This document shows, piece after piece, positions 1 to 8,692 of a stretch of DNA of 64,000 nt (within the stretch, counting starts at the first letter, position 1; every line of letters begins with the position of its first letter). Position numbers and translations under genes: made by a program. Source of the stretch: Thermoanaerobaculia bacterium. Lineage in GTDB: Bacteria; Acidobacteriota; Thermoanaerobaculia; UBA5066; Gp7-AA6. The notes beneath the pieces were generated by a model. The model saw nothing but the letters and a program-made list of their open reading frames with translations. It searched no databases and was not told where the DNA came from. The DNA is taken from contig JBBDKM010000029.1 of NCBI GenBank assembly GCA_040879385.1, positions 27,661 through 91,660 of the forward strand, read 5' to 3'.

Positions 1-625
1 CGGGGGATGCCTGCGCGGCCGGCGACGAGGGACGCGGGGGCCCGGGGCCGCGCTGCGGGGAGGGCGGACGCTGCGGTCCGGAGGGACGCGGAGCAGAGGT
101 GCCGCGAGGCGCGGGCTGCGGCCCGCCCCGCGCCGGCCCTCCGCGCGGGGACCCCGGTTGCTGCGCCCGCCGGGCGGGAGCGGGCCCTCCGCGCTCCGGG
201 CCCCGGCCGCCGCTCTTCCCGCCGCGGCGGCGGCGGCGCCCCTCGCGCCGGGGCTCGGGGGTGTCGACCCAGCCCTCCTCGAGGTGGCGGAACGTCACCA
301 CGATTTCGGGCCGGTTGGCGTTGCCCCGGATCAGCTCGACGATCTTGCCGCGCAGCGCGGCCGCGGGATCCCCGGTCAGCGTCGGGATGCGCTCCGCGTC
401 GTAGAGCACCATGCGTGTCCAGCAGATGCGCCTCCGGCTCCCGTCCGGCGCGCCGAAGTCCATGACGAAGAGGTCCCGTTCGTGGTCGAGGGAGTGCTCG
501 CGGAACTCGTGCTCGGGGAGCGCCTCGCGGCAGAGCTCGCGGAGAAGGGGCAGGTGCTTCTCGCCCCCTTCCAGGGTCTGTTCCATCGAGACCACCCGGT
601 CCCGGAACATGCGTGTCTGGCCCAT
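1..625 (-). CDS. hypothetical protein, 3' end runs off the window edge; compact N-terminal ~125 aa followed by an Arg/Gly/Pro-rich low-complexity tail
   Basis: Own translation of the minus strand: ATG at 625..623 (MGQTRMFRDRVVSMEQTLEGGEKHLPLLRELC...), no stop before position 1, G/C-rich third positions. Absent from the ORF track, presumably because it has no in-window stop. No family recognised. Confidence 0.4.
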   Translation of the reverse strand, partial: MGQTRMFRDRVVSMEQTLEGGEKHLPLLRELCREALPEHEFREHSLDHERDLFVMDFGAPDGSRRRICWTRMVLYDAERIPTLTGDPAAALRGKIVELIRGNANRPEIVVTFRHLEEGWVDTPEPRREGRRRRRGGKSGGRGPERGGPAPARRAQQPGSPRGGPARGGPQPAPRGTSAPRPSGPQRPPSPQRGPGPPRPSSPAAQASP

Positions 626-700
626 GTGCTTTCGTCCGTCCGTAGAGGCGCCCCTTGCGGCCGCCCGCGGGCAGGGACGAGCCCCGCCCCTACGCGACCC

Positions 701-1873
701 TCATCCGATCGCCAGTCCGCTGTCGCGAAAGATCTCGCGCGCGATGATGAGCCGGTGGATCTCGCTCGTGCCCTCGTAGATCTCGGTGATGCGCGCGTCG
801 CGGAAGTTGCGCTCCACCGAGTATTCCTTCGTGTAGCCGTAGCCGCCGTGGATCTGCAGCGCCTTGGTCGTCACGCGCTGCGCCATCTCGGCGGCGAAGA
901 GCTTGGCCACCGCGGCCTCCATCGAGAAGCGGCCGCCGGACGCCTTCGCCGCGTCCTTGGCCGCGGCCGCCTTGCGGGTCAGGAGGCGGGCGGCGTCGAT
1001 CTCCGTCGCCATGTCGGCGAGATAGAAGCGCAGAGCCTGGAAGTCGGCGATCGGCCTGCCAAAGGCGCGGCGCGACTTCGCGTAGGCGACCGCCGCCTCG
1101 AACGCCTCCTGCGAGATGCCGACCGCCTGGGCGGCGATGCCGATCCGGCCGCCGTCGAGGGTCGACATCGCGATCTTGAAACCGTCGCCTTCCTCGCCGA
1201 GCCGGTCGGCCGCGGACACCTGCACGTCGGTCAGGAAGATCTCGACAGTCCCGGAGGCGTTGACCCCGAGCTTGACCTGGTGGCGCGAACGGTCGAACCC
1301 CGGGGCCGCGGCGTCCACGAGAAAAGCCGAGATGCCCCGGAGCTTCTTCTCCGGGCTCGTCATGGCGAAGAGCAGGCTGACGTCCGCCTTCTCTCCACAC
1401 GTGATGAAGACCTTCTGGCCCGTGATGCGATAAACGTCGCCCTCGCGCACCGCCCGCGTTTTCTGGTTCCCCGCGTCCGAGCCCGCGTCCGGCTCGGTCA
1501 GGGCGAAGCAGCCGAGCTTCTCTCCCTTGGCCAGGGGCGTCAGGAACCGCTTCTTCTGGTCTTCGTTGCCGAACTTCTCGATCGGATCACAGACGAGCGA
1601 GTTGTTGACCGAGAGGATGACCCCCGTGTTGGCGCAGACCCGCGAGATCTCCTCGATCACGATGGCGTAGGACACGGTGTCCATCCCCGAGCCGCCATGC
1701 TCGGTCGGGACGGCCACGCCAGCCAGTCCCAGCTCTCCCGCCGCGGCGAAGAGGTCCCGCGGGAACTCGCCGCTCAAGTCGATGGCAGCGGCGCGCGGGC
1801 GCACGACGTCCTCGGCGAACTCGCGGACCGAGGCCTGGAGGAGCTGCTGCTCCTCCGTGAGGTCCAGGTTCAT
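701..1873 (-). CDS. acyl-CoA dehydrogenase (short/butyryl-chain type)
   Basis: 390-aa [15 protein letters not shown]...; full-length ACAD-like pattern ([52 protein letters not shown]). -10-like TATACT lies 9 nt upstream of the ATG. Confidence 0.95.
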   Translation of the reverse strand: MNLDLTEEQQLLQASVREFAEDVVRPRAAAIDLSGEFPRDLFAAAGELGLAGVAVPTEHGGSGMDTVSYAIVIEEISRVCANTGVILSVNNSLVCDPIEKFGNEDQKKRFLTPLAKGEKLGCFALTEPDAGSDAGNQKTRAVREGDVYRITGQKVFITCGEKADVSLLFAMTSPEKKLRGISAFLVDAAAPGFDRSRHQVKLGVNASGTVEIFLTDVQVSAADRLGEEGDGFKIAMSTLDGGRIGIAAQAVGISQEAFEAAVAYAKSRRAFGRPIADFQALRFYLADMATEIDAARLLTRKAAAAKDAAKASGGRFSMEAAVAKLFAAEMAQRVTTKALQIHGGYGYTKEYSVERNFRDARITEIYEGTSEIHRLIIAREIFRDSGLAIG

Positions 1874-1915
1874 GGGAGGCGGAGTATACCGGGACAGTCG
1901 GGAGTCGGGACCACG

Positions 1916-3046
1916 TCAGACGTCGACGGACCCAACGAACTCCATCACGGCGTCGGCGTATCGCGGCCAGGAGGCCGCCTCGGCTGAGGCCGCGAGGCCC
2001 GGCGCGTAGAAGGCGGCGCCGCGCGCGAGAACTTTCTTCGCCGCGGCGGCCAGGCCGGCGGCATCGCCGGGGGCAAAGAGCTCGCCGGTGACGCCCGGCA
2101 CGACGGCGTCCTTCAGTCCGCCGATCGCCGCGGCAGCGACGGGCCGGCCCGCGGCCAGGGCGCGCGCCGCGATGCCGCTGCCCGAGATCGCCCGATACGG
2201 AAGCACGACGGCGTCGCAGGCTGCGAGCCAGAGCGCCATCTCTTCCTCCGAGACGTACGCGTCGTTCCAGAGAATCCGGTCCCGCACCGGGCTCGAACGG
2301 GCGCGCCTGGCGAGGTCGGCCGCGTCCGGAAAAACCTCTCCCACGACCGCAATCGACGCGCCGGTCTCGCGCACGATCGCGGGCGCCGCGTCGAGGAGCA
2401 GATCCACGCCCTTGTAGCGCCGCACCAGGCCGAGAAAGAGCAGGAGCGGCTCCGCGCCGAGGCCCAGGCGCCGCCGCGCCTCCTCCCGTGCCGGCGCCGG
2501 CACCGTCAGGACCGGGTGCGGCCGAACGAGCACGGGCGCCCCGCTGCGGATGCGCCAGAGCCTCTCCCCGTCGCTGGCGGAGTGCACGATGAAGGCGTCC
2601 GCGGCGAGAAACGCCCCGAGAGCGAGAAAGCGGCGCGCGGCGCCGCCTTCGTGGTCTTCCACGTTGTGGCACAGCAGGACTCGCCGCGTCCGCGGCGCGA
2701 GAGTGTGGAGCCGCCGCATCACGGCGCGGTACGGCAGACCCCAGAACGCCGTCCACCACGGGAGGAGCAGCGCTTCCGGCTCTTCGGTCGCGATCGCCTC
2801 GGCCGTCCGCTTCCAGGAAAGCGGCGAGCGATAGTCGAGGAGGCGCACGGCCGCGGCGGGGGCGAGCCCCGGATCCTCGTCGAATCGCCGCGGGTCGAGC
2901 CACCGTGGATAGCGCCGCGCGTACGTGTACCAGGAGACCGCAGCGCGGCGGGAGAGCTCCGCCGCCAGCAGTGCGGTCTCGCGGGCGATGCCGCCGCGGT
3001 CCGGAGGCGCCGGCCCGAGAATCGCGAGGCGGCGCGCCGGGCTCAA
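1916..3046 (-). CDS. glycosyltransferase, GT-B fold (family 4 / group 1 type)
   Basis: 376-aa ORF; C-terminal half has the GT4-type layout (RYKGVDLLLDAAP..., EEMALWLAACDAVVLPY, SGSGIAARALAAGRPV). Apparent TTG start. Confidence 0.8.
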   Translation of the reverse strand: MSPARRLAILGPAPPDRGGIARETALLAAELSRRAAVSWYTYARRYPRWLDPRRFDEDPGLAPAAAVRLLDYRSPLSWKRTAEAIATEEPEALLLPWWTAFWGLPYRAVMRRLHTLAPRTRRVLLCHNVEDHEGGAARRFLALGAFLAADAFIVHSASDGERLWRIRSGAPVLVRPHPVLTVPAPAREEARRRLGLGAEPLLLFLGLVRRYKGVDLLLDAAPAIVRETGASIAVVGEVFPDAADLARRARSSPVRDRILWNDAYVSEEEMALWLAACDAVVLPYRAISGSGIAARALAAGRPVAAAAIGGLKDAVVPGVTGELFAPGDAAGLAAAAKKVLARGAAFYAPGLAASAEAASWPRYADAVMEFVGSVDV

Positions 3047-3071
3047 GGTCAGCGGGAGGGTCGCGTCGCCG

Positions 3072-4851
3072 TCACGGGCACTCGAACGCGGCCGTATCCT
3101 GGAGCGGAGGAAACGGCATTCCGAGCGGGTTCGTGTACGTCCGCGTGCTTCCGGCCACCCGGTCGTCCACCGTCAGCACGACGCCCACGTTGGTCAGCCC
3201 GCCCGCGAAGACCCAGAAGTTCCCCGGCGGGATCCCGCAGGCGTCGAGCACCTTCACGACGAGCTCGATGTTGGCGGCGTCGAAGAACCAGAAGTACCCG
3301 GAGTCCGCCGTCAGCGGCACGGCCATGCCGGGGCCGCTGCCTCCCCCCGACCGCGTCCAGGCGACCCGGACGCGGAAGCGCCCGCCGTTCAGGCACAGCG
3401 TCGTGGAGTCGGCCACGCACGGACCGGACGGGTCGAGCCAGCCCTCGACCGACGGAAACGTGAGGTGGAAGGAGCCGTCGAGCGTGGAGTTCTCGATGAC
3501 GTCGCAGTCGTCCTCGGTGTTGAAGCCGCAGGAGCCGAAACTCCTGACCCACGACCCTCAGGTCCTCCAGGTACACGGGCGAGCCCGAGCTGCCGAGTCC
3601 CGTGCCTCCGACGACGTCTTTGGAGTAGACGACGTCCCCTTGCGGGGCGTCGATGCAATCGACGGGCGTGGGGGTCGCGCTGACCGCGTGCCGCGTGTAG
3701 AACTGGGGGTCGCCGTCCGGATGGCTCAGGCGGTAGAGGATCGTTCCTCCCGCGTGGGAATAGTCGGTCGTAGTCCAGCCGAGGAAGACGCTCCCGTCGG
3801 GAGGATCCTGCCAGAGCTGGACGAAGGTGAAGTCGGTCGCCTCGCCGGTCGCGAGGAGTGTGGAGCCGAGCGTGCGCGGGAAAAGAGACGGGTTGGGAAA
3901 GGGGCCGTCGCAGGAGGCCGTCCGGTAGTTCCAGATCGCCTCGAGCGAGGTGGCCGCGGGCTGATTGGCGAAGCAGTGGTTGGCCGTCAGGAGGTAGGGC
4001 ACGAAGGAGGAGGTCGTCGTTTTCAGGAGCGCGCCCGTGCAGAGGAAGGCGCTGCCGTCGTCGACGAAGGTGAGCTGGGCGACCGCGCGAGACGCCTCTT
4101 CGAGGTTGGGAAACTCGGCCGGCGTCACGCAGCTCGCGTCGACAAAGCAGTCCTGGGACTTCGACCGGAGCGTCCCCGAGGCTCTCGCCGCGGCGCCCGG
4201 CGCGAAGGCGGGGTGCTCGAGGTGCATGAGCGCGTCGACGGCGAGGACCGCGGGGCCGCCCGAAACGGGCAGCTCGACCCGGAGAAAGACCTCCTCCGAG
4301 AAGACGGTGTTGGTCCAGAACCCCTCGGGCCGCGTGCCCCCGTCGAAGCCGTACGGGCCGTGGGCCTCGCCCGAGGCCGAGAAGACCCAGGCCCGGCCGC
4401 CCGCCGGCAGGCGCGGGTCGCGCAGGTGGAGGCGCAGGGCTCCCGCGCCCGGCGACGCGAACGCGGCGGTCCAGGTCAGGCGTCCGTCGACGGCCCGCTC
4501 GAGGAGACCGCCGCCGAAAGCCCGCGAGGCGCCGGGCGTCAGGTCCGCCGGCAGGGAGTCGAAGCCGATACCGCCGGGCAGGGCGCGCGAGAGGCCGACG
4601 CGGATGGCCGGAGCCTTGCGTCGGAGCTTCGAGGCCCGCGCGTCACGGGACTGCAGGACTGCCCGCTCGGCCGGCGAAAGCGGCGGCAGCACGTGCCGCG
4701 CCGACGCGGGCAGGGGGCGGGCCCGGGCCACGATCTCCGCGGCGGCCGCGGGGCGCGGCGCGGGGGCGCGAAACACCGCCGGGCCGGTCTCGACGACCGG
4801 CGCCGACGCGGCGAGGAGAAAAACCAGGGCGTGGAATCCCGGGACCGCCAT
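3072..4851 (-). CDS. secreted trypsin-like (S1) serine endopeptidase with conserved C-terminal beta-rich domain; reading frame broken by an apparent 1-nt frameshift near 3535..3550 (possible pseudogene or assembly error)
   Basis: Signal peptide MAVPGFHALVFLLAASAP. Catalytic His context LLTANHC and Ser context GGTGLGSSGSPVY. After ...LEDLRVVGQ the track frame turns into Arg-rich nonsense, while the adjacent frame reads SFGSCGFNTEDDCDVIENSTLDGSFHLTFPSVEGWLDPSGPCVADSTTLCLNGGRFRVRVAW...FECP and stops at 3072..3074. Confidence 0.7.
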
Positions 4852-4875
4852 CCGCAGCGAGTATAGATCCGGAGA

Positions 4876-6120
4876 CTACGGAGCCGACCGGCGGAGCCAG
4901 AACCCCTTCAGGTACTCCCCCTCCGGGCAGTCGAGCGAGACCGGATGATCCGGGCCGGCGCCCTGGCGGGCCGAAAGCGTGAACGGCGTGCGCGCGTCGA
5001 CACTCGCCGCGAAGACGATCTTCTGAAAGAGGTCCGCATCCACCAGGCCCGAGCAGGAACAGGACAGGAGCCAGCCTTCGGGCGCGGTGAGCGACATGGC
5101 GAGCCTGTTGATGTCCTTGTAACCGCGTGCCGCCCGATCGAGGTCCGCTTTCTTCTTCGCGAACGCCGGCGGGTCGCAGACCACGACGTCCCATCGCTCG
5201 CCGGCGGCGACGCGGCGCCGCAGATCCTCGAAGACGTCCGCCTGCACGAAGTCGGCGTCGTCGGCCGAGAAGCCATTGGCGCGGCGATGCTCCCGGGCGA
5301 GCTCGAGCGCGGCGGCCGAGGAGTCCACGTCGACCGCCCGGGCCGCGCCGGCCGTGAGGCCGGCGATCGAGAAGGCGCCCGAGTACGAGAAGAGGTTGAG
5401 CAGCGTCTTTCCCCTCGCCAGAGACCGCAGTCGCGCGCGGTTGTCCCGCTGATCCAGGAAAAAGCCGGTCTTCTGCCCGCCGGAGAGGTCGGCGAAGAAG
5501 TGAAGGCCGTTTTCGAGGAACGGGGCACGCCCCTCACCCCGACCCTCCCCCGCGGGGACAGGGAGCCCCGCATCGCGTGCCGAACCGGTCTTCCGAACAA
5601 CCAAACGAGGCGGGGCGAACACCTCGCGGACGACAGTTTCGAGGTCCTTGCGCCACTGCTCCGTGCCGCCGGTCAGCAGCTCCAGGACGGCGATCTCACC
5701 ATAGACATCGAGCAGCACACCGGGACAGAGGTCCCCCTCGGAGTTGATCGCGCGGTAACCCGTCGTCTCCGGTGGGAGAACCTCTTCGCGCAGACGTTTT
5801 GCGGCGGCGAAGCGTTCTCGGAAAAGCACCGCGTTGGGGGCGCGGCCGTCGAAGGTCCACAGACGCGCCACGATCTGAGAGTCCGGAGAATACGCCCCGC
5901 GCGCCAGCGGGCGTTCGTCCGCGGCGAAGACTTCTGCGTGACCGTCCGCGCCGTCTCCCTCGGCCACGGCGACCGCCCCGGAGAAGAGCCAGGGGTGCCG
6001 GCGGAGAACCGACGCCTCCCGGCCGGGCTTGAGTCGGAGGCGAATCACAAAAGGACGATAGCAGGCCCCAGAAACCCCCAAACGCGCGCGGGCCTGCCTC
6101 CGTAGAAGAGGCAGACACAC
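4876..6120 (-). CDS. rlmI: class I SAM-dependent 23S rRNA (cytosine-C5) methyltransferase, RlmI-like
   Basis: PUA-like N-terminus (RHPWLFSGAV), SAM-binding region (LLNLFSYSGAFSIAG) and VVCDPPAFAKKK motif. GTG start at 6120 preceded by AAGGAGG. Confidence 0.85.
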   Translation of the reverse strand: MCLPLLRRQARARLGVSGACYRPFVIRLRLKPGREASVLRRHPWLFSGAVAVAEGDGADGHAEVFAADERPLARGAYSPDSQIVARLWTFDGRAPNAVLFRERFAAAKRLREEVLPPETTGYRAINSEGDLCPGVLLDVYGEIAVLELLTGGTEQWRKDLETVVREVFAPPRLVVRKTGSARDAGLPVPAGEGRGEGRAPFLENGLHFFADLSGGQKTGFFLDQRDNRARLRSLARGKTLLNLFSYSGAFSIAGLTAGAARAVDVDSSAAALELAREHRRANGFSADDADFVQADVFEDLRRRVAAGERWDVVVCDPPAFAKKKADLDRAARGYKDINRLAMSLTAPEGWLLSCSCSGLVDADLFQKIVFAASVDARTPFTLSARQGAGPDHPVSLDCPEGEYLKGFWLRRSAP

Positions 6121-6137
6121 GCGATCTCCTCCTTCGG

Positions 6138-6164
6138 GCCCCTCGCGAGAGGGGCTTCTTTTTT
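6138..6164 (+). terminator. terminator-like hairpin oriented against the flanking minus-strand genes
   Basis: Plus strand reads GCCCCTC-gcga-GAGGGGC-TTCTTTTTT. It lies between the DUF547 stop (6182) and the rlmI RBS/start (6120). Confidence 0.4.
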
Positions 6165-6181
6165 GGGGGAGAAGGGCCCCG

Positions 6182-6910
6182 TTAGGGCTGGTTCAGGCCC
6201 CAGTCGTACTCGAGGAATTCGGGCGGTTTCGGGAACGTTGCAACCCAGCTCGCCGGGCCGGGCTCGTTCACGAACTTCGCGACGTATGCCTGGAGCGTGA
6301 CGCCGTCCCGCTCGAACTCCTTCCGGTTCCAGTCGAAGATCTTCGACAGCGCGAGGCGGACCCTCGCCCGGTCGATGACGTTCTTCGTCGGGTCGTTGAC
6401 GAACGCCCGGGCCTGCGCGTCGAGCGCGGCCGACAGACCCGCGGCCGTATACGCCTTTCCCGCCAGCGGCGGGCAGGACTTCGACGCGCAGACGATCGCG
6501 AAGTGGATGCGCGCGTCTCCGGTGTCGCGCAGGCGGTTCTCGATGTCGTCGAGGGTCAGCATCTCTTGACCGATCCTGCGGCGGATCGACTGGAATGCGC
6601 CGTCGATGTCGCGGATGCTCTTCACGGGGTACTTTTCGAGCACGATCGCAACCGCCATGGCGTTGTACGCGTTGATGGAGAAGGCCTTTCGCTCCTCGGC
6701 CGTCATGGCCTTCGGGTCGGCGTCGCCGAGGTTGGCGAGGTACGCGGCCAGCCTCTTGCGGTCCTGGCCCGTGGCGCCCCGGTAGTCGAAGCCGCCGCCG
6801 CGGGCCCGCTCCGCCAGGACGGCGTCGAAGGCCGCGGGGTCCGGCGGATTCGCCGCGAGAAGGGGGCCGGCGAGGGCTAAGGCGAGTGCAGCGGTAAAGG
6901 ACTTTTGCAT
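6182..6910 (-). CDS. DUF547 domain-containing protein (secreted)
   Basis: Real start at MQKSFTAALALALAGPLLAA (signal peptide). AFSINAYNAMAV..., IHFAIVCASKSCPPL and FDWNRKEF are typical DUF547 blocks. The upstream extension of the track ORF is Arg-rich junk overlapping pit. Confidence 0.85.
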   Translation of the reverse strand: MQKSFTAALALALAGPLLAANPPDPAAFDAVLAERARGGGFDYRGATGQDRKRLAAYLANLGDADPKAMTAEERKAFSINAYNAMAVAIVLEKYPVKSIRDIDGAFQSIRRRIGQEMLTLDDIENRLRDTGDARIHFAIVCASKSCPPLAGKAYTAAGLSAALDAQARAFVNDPTKNVIDRARVRLALSKIFDWNRKEFERDGVTLQAYVAKFVNEPGPASWVATFPKPPEFLEYDWGLNQP

Positions 6911-6924
6911 GGTTCCGCCCTTTC

Positions 6925-7956
6925 TCAGCGGCCAAGAGCCGCGAGGATGCCGTAGCTCAGCGCCCCGATCGCCGCCGCCATCGGAATCGTCAGGATCCAG
7001 GCGTAGACGATGCGCCCGGCCACTCCCCAACGGACGGCCGAGAAGCGCTGCGCGGAGCCCACGCCGATGATCGCGCCGGTGATCGTGTGCGTCGTCGAGA
7101 CCGGAATTCCCCAGACGGAGGCCGCGATCACGGTCGCCGCCGCTCCCGTCTCCGCGCAGAAGCCCGAGAAGGGCTTGAGCTTGGTGATGCGGCTCCCCAT
7201 CGTGCGCACGATCCGCCAGCCCCCCGTCAGGGTCCCCAGGCCGATGGCCGCGTGCGCCGACAGGATGATCCACCACGGCACGACTTTCAAATCCGGCATG
7301 TGCATCCAGTGAAACGTCGACGACGGGTCGGCGAACAGAGAGCGGTTCGCGACGAGCAGACCCCCGATGATTCCCATGGTCTTCTGGGCGTCGTTGGTGC
7401 CGTGGGACAGGGAGAACGCCGCGGCCGATCCGAGCTGCGCGCGGCGGAACCAGCGATCGACCGAGCCGTAGGGCGTCTTGTAAAAGATCCAGGACAGGCC
7501 GACCATCAGGCCCCAGCCGACGGTCATCCCGATCAGCGGCGAGAGGACGATGAAGGAGAGCGTCTTGACCCAGGCCATCCCGGGCACGATCGCCCCGATG
7601 CCGACCCGCGCCACCGCCGCGCCGGCGTACCCCCCGATGAGGGCGTGCGAAGAGGAGGACGGGATCCCGAAGTACCACGTGATCAGGTTCCAGGCGATGG
7701 CGCCGAGGAGACCGCCGAGCACGACGTCCGAGTTGACCACGGTGATGTCGATCAGCCCCGAGCCGATCGTCTTGGCCACCGCCGTGCCGAAGACGAAGGC
7801 AGCGACGAAGTTGAAGAAGGCCGCCCAGAAGACCGCCGCGAAGGGCGAGAGCACGCGCGTGGAGACGACCGTGGCGATCGAGTTCGCCGAGTCGTGCATC
7901 CCGTTGATGAAGTCGAAGACGAGCGCGACCGCGATGATGACGAGAACGTAGATCAT
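6925..7956 (-). CDS. pit: inorganic phosphate transporter, PiT family
   Basis: 343 aa, multi-TM. Duplicated PHO4 signature (FINGMHDSANSIATVV and LSHGTNDAQKTMG). Confidence 0.95.
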   Translation of the reverse strand: MIYVLVIIAVALVFDFINGMHDSANSIATVVSTRVLSPFAAVFWAAFFNFVAAFVFGTAVAKTIGSGLIDITVVNSDVVLGGLLGAIAWNLITWYFGIPSSSSHALIGGYAGAAVARVGIGAIVPGMAWVKTLSFIVLSPLIGMTVGWGLMVGLSWIFYKTPYGSVDRWFRRAQLGSAAAFSLSHGTNDAQKTMGIIGGLLVANRSLFADPSSTFHWMHMPDLKVVPWWIILSAHAAIGLGTLTGGWRIVRTMGSRITKLKPFSGFCAETGAAATVIAASVWGIPVSTTHTITGAIIGVGSAQRFSAVRWGVAGRIVYAWILTIPMAAAIGALSYGILAALGR

Positions 7957-7998
7957 CGGGGCGAGTGGTCAGTCAGCCGTCGACAGTCGACAGCCGGC

Positions 7999-8613
7999 TC
8001 ATGAGTGCTTGAGCACCACGCTCTCCAGCACATGCGCCACCGCCACGCACGAATCGATGCTGCGCTCCATGTTGTCGTAGACGTCCTTCCACTTGATGAC
8101 CTCGATCGCGGGGAGGTTGTCTCGGAACAGGGACGCGATCGCGTTGTGGTACACGACGTCGCCTTCGTTCTCGAGCTGCTTGATCTTGATGCAGTGCGCC
8201 ATGACGCCCTTCTGCTGGCGCAGCTGCGAGACGGCCTCCACGAGCTCGCTCGTGGTCTGCACGATGAGCCGGGCGAGCTGGGTCGAAACGGGAGTGGGCT
8301 TATCGATCTGGAAGAGGACGACGCGGCGCACGGTGCCGTCGATGAGGTCGATCACGTCGTCCAGCCGCACGGCGAGCCGATGGATGTCCTCGCGGTCGAT
8401 CGGAGTGACAAAGGTCCGGTCGATGCCGCGGAGGATCTCGTGGGAGATCTCGTCGCACTCGTGCTCGAGGCGCTTGACCTGATCCGCCACCGTCTTCACG
8501 TCCGCTTGACCCACGAAGTAACGCTCGAGGATCCGAGCTGCCTCGTGGATGCGCACGGCGAGCTCGGTGAAGCGCTCGAAGTACTTCTCGTCCCGCGGCA
8601 GGAAATTCAGCAT
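7999..8613 (-). CDS. DUF47 (PhoU-like) Pit accessory protein
   Basis: MLNFLPRDEKYFERFTELA... is the classic DUF47 N-terminus; the gene lies immediately upstream of pit. Alternative starts at 8640 (ATG) and 8658 (GTG). Confidence 0.88.
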   Translation of the reverse strand: MLNFLPRDEKYFERFTELAVRIHEAARILERYFVGQADVKTVADQVKRLEHECDEISHEILRGIDRTFVTPIDREDIHRLAVRLDDVIDLIDGTVRRVVLFQIDKPTPVSTQLARLIVQTTSELVEAVSQLRQQKGVMAHCIKIKQLENEGDVVYHNAIASLFRDNLPAIEVIKWKDVYDNMERSIDSCVAVAHVLESVVLKHS

Positions 8614-8653
8614 GCGCGTTTCCAGAGGAAACCGCGACATGCTATCCCACGGC

Positions 8654-8692
8654 TTCACGCCGTTTTCACACGGCGTTTTACGAAGACTTCAG
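8654..8692 (+). promoter_or_regulatory. Pho-box-like hexamer array in inverted orientation between phoR and the DUF47-pit operon; overlaps a hairpin
   Basis: Plus strand has TTCAC (8654), TTCAC (8665), TTTAC (8677) and TTCAG (8688) at spacings of 11/12/11 nt. These point opposite to the minus-strand genes. CGCCGT-tttcac-ACGGCG-TTTT (8658..8679) also forms a plus-oriented terminator-like hairpin. Confidence 0.45.

Noticed and set aside
158-1987. Very long ORFs antisense to, or overlapping, recognisable genes. Examples are 158..1987(+), 2905..4866(+), 8005..10647(+), 14125..16065(+), 25865..28009(+), 31585..33369(-), 39012..41147(-), 46378..48693(+), 54481..56631(+) and 61072..63648(+) up to 62715.
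   Set aside because: Their translations are Arg/Gly/Pro/Ala-rich low-complexity strings with no motifs. The opposite strand or another frame encodes clearly recognisable proteins. Stop-codon scarcity in GC-rich DNA explains them.
3049-3071. Using the track ORF end (3049) as the protease stop.
   Set aside because: After the frameshift point this frame is nonsense. The protein-like C-terminal domain is in the other frame and stops at 3072..3074.
7961-7998. Tandem GTCGACA-GTCGACA (two SalI-type palindromes) between DUF47 and pit, considered as a regulatory repeat.
   Set aside because: It is a very short element in a 42-nt intercistronic spacer of an obvious operon. It is most simply a small stem-forming sequence, and there is no further support.
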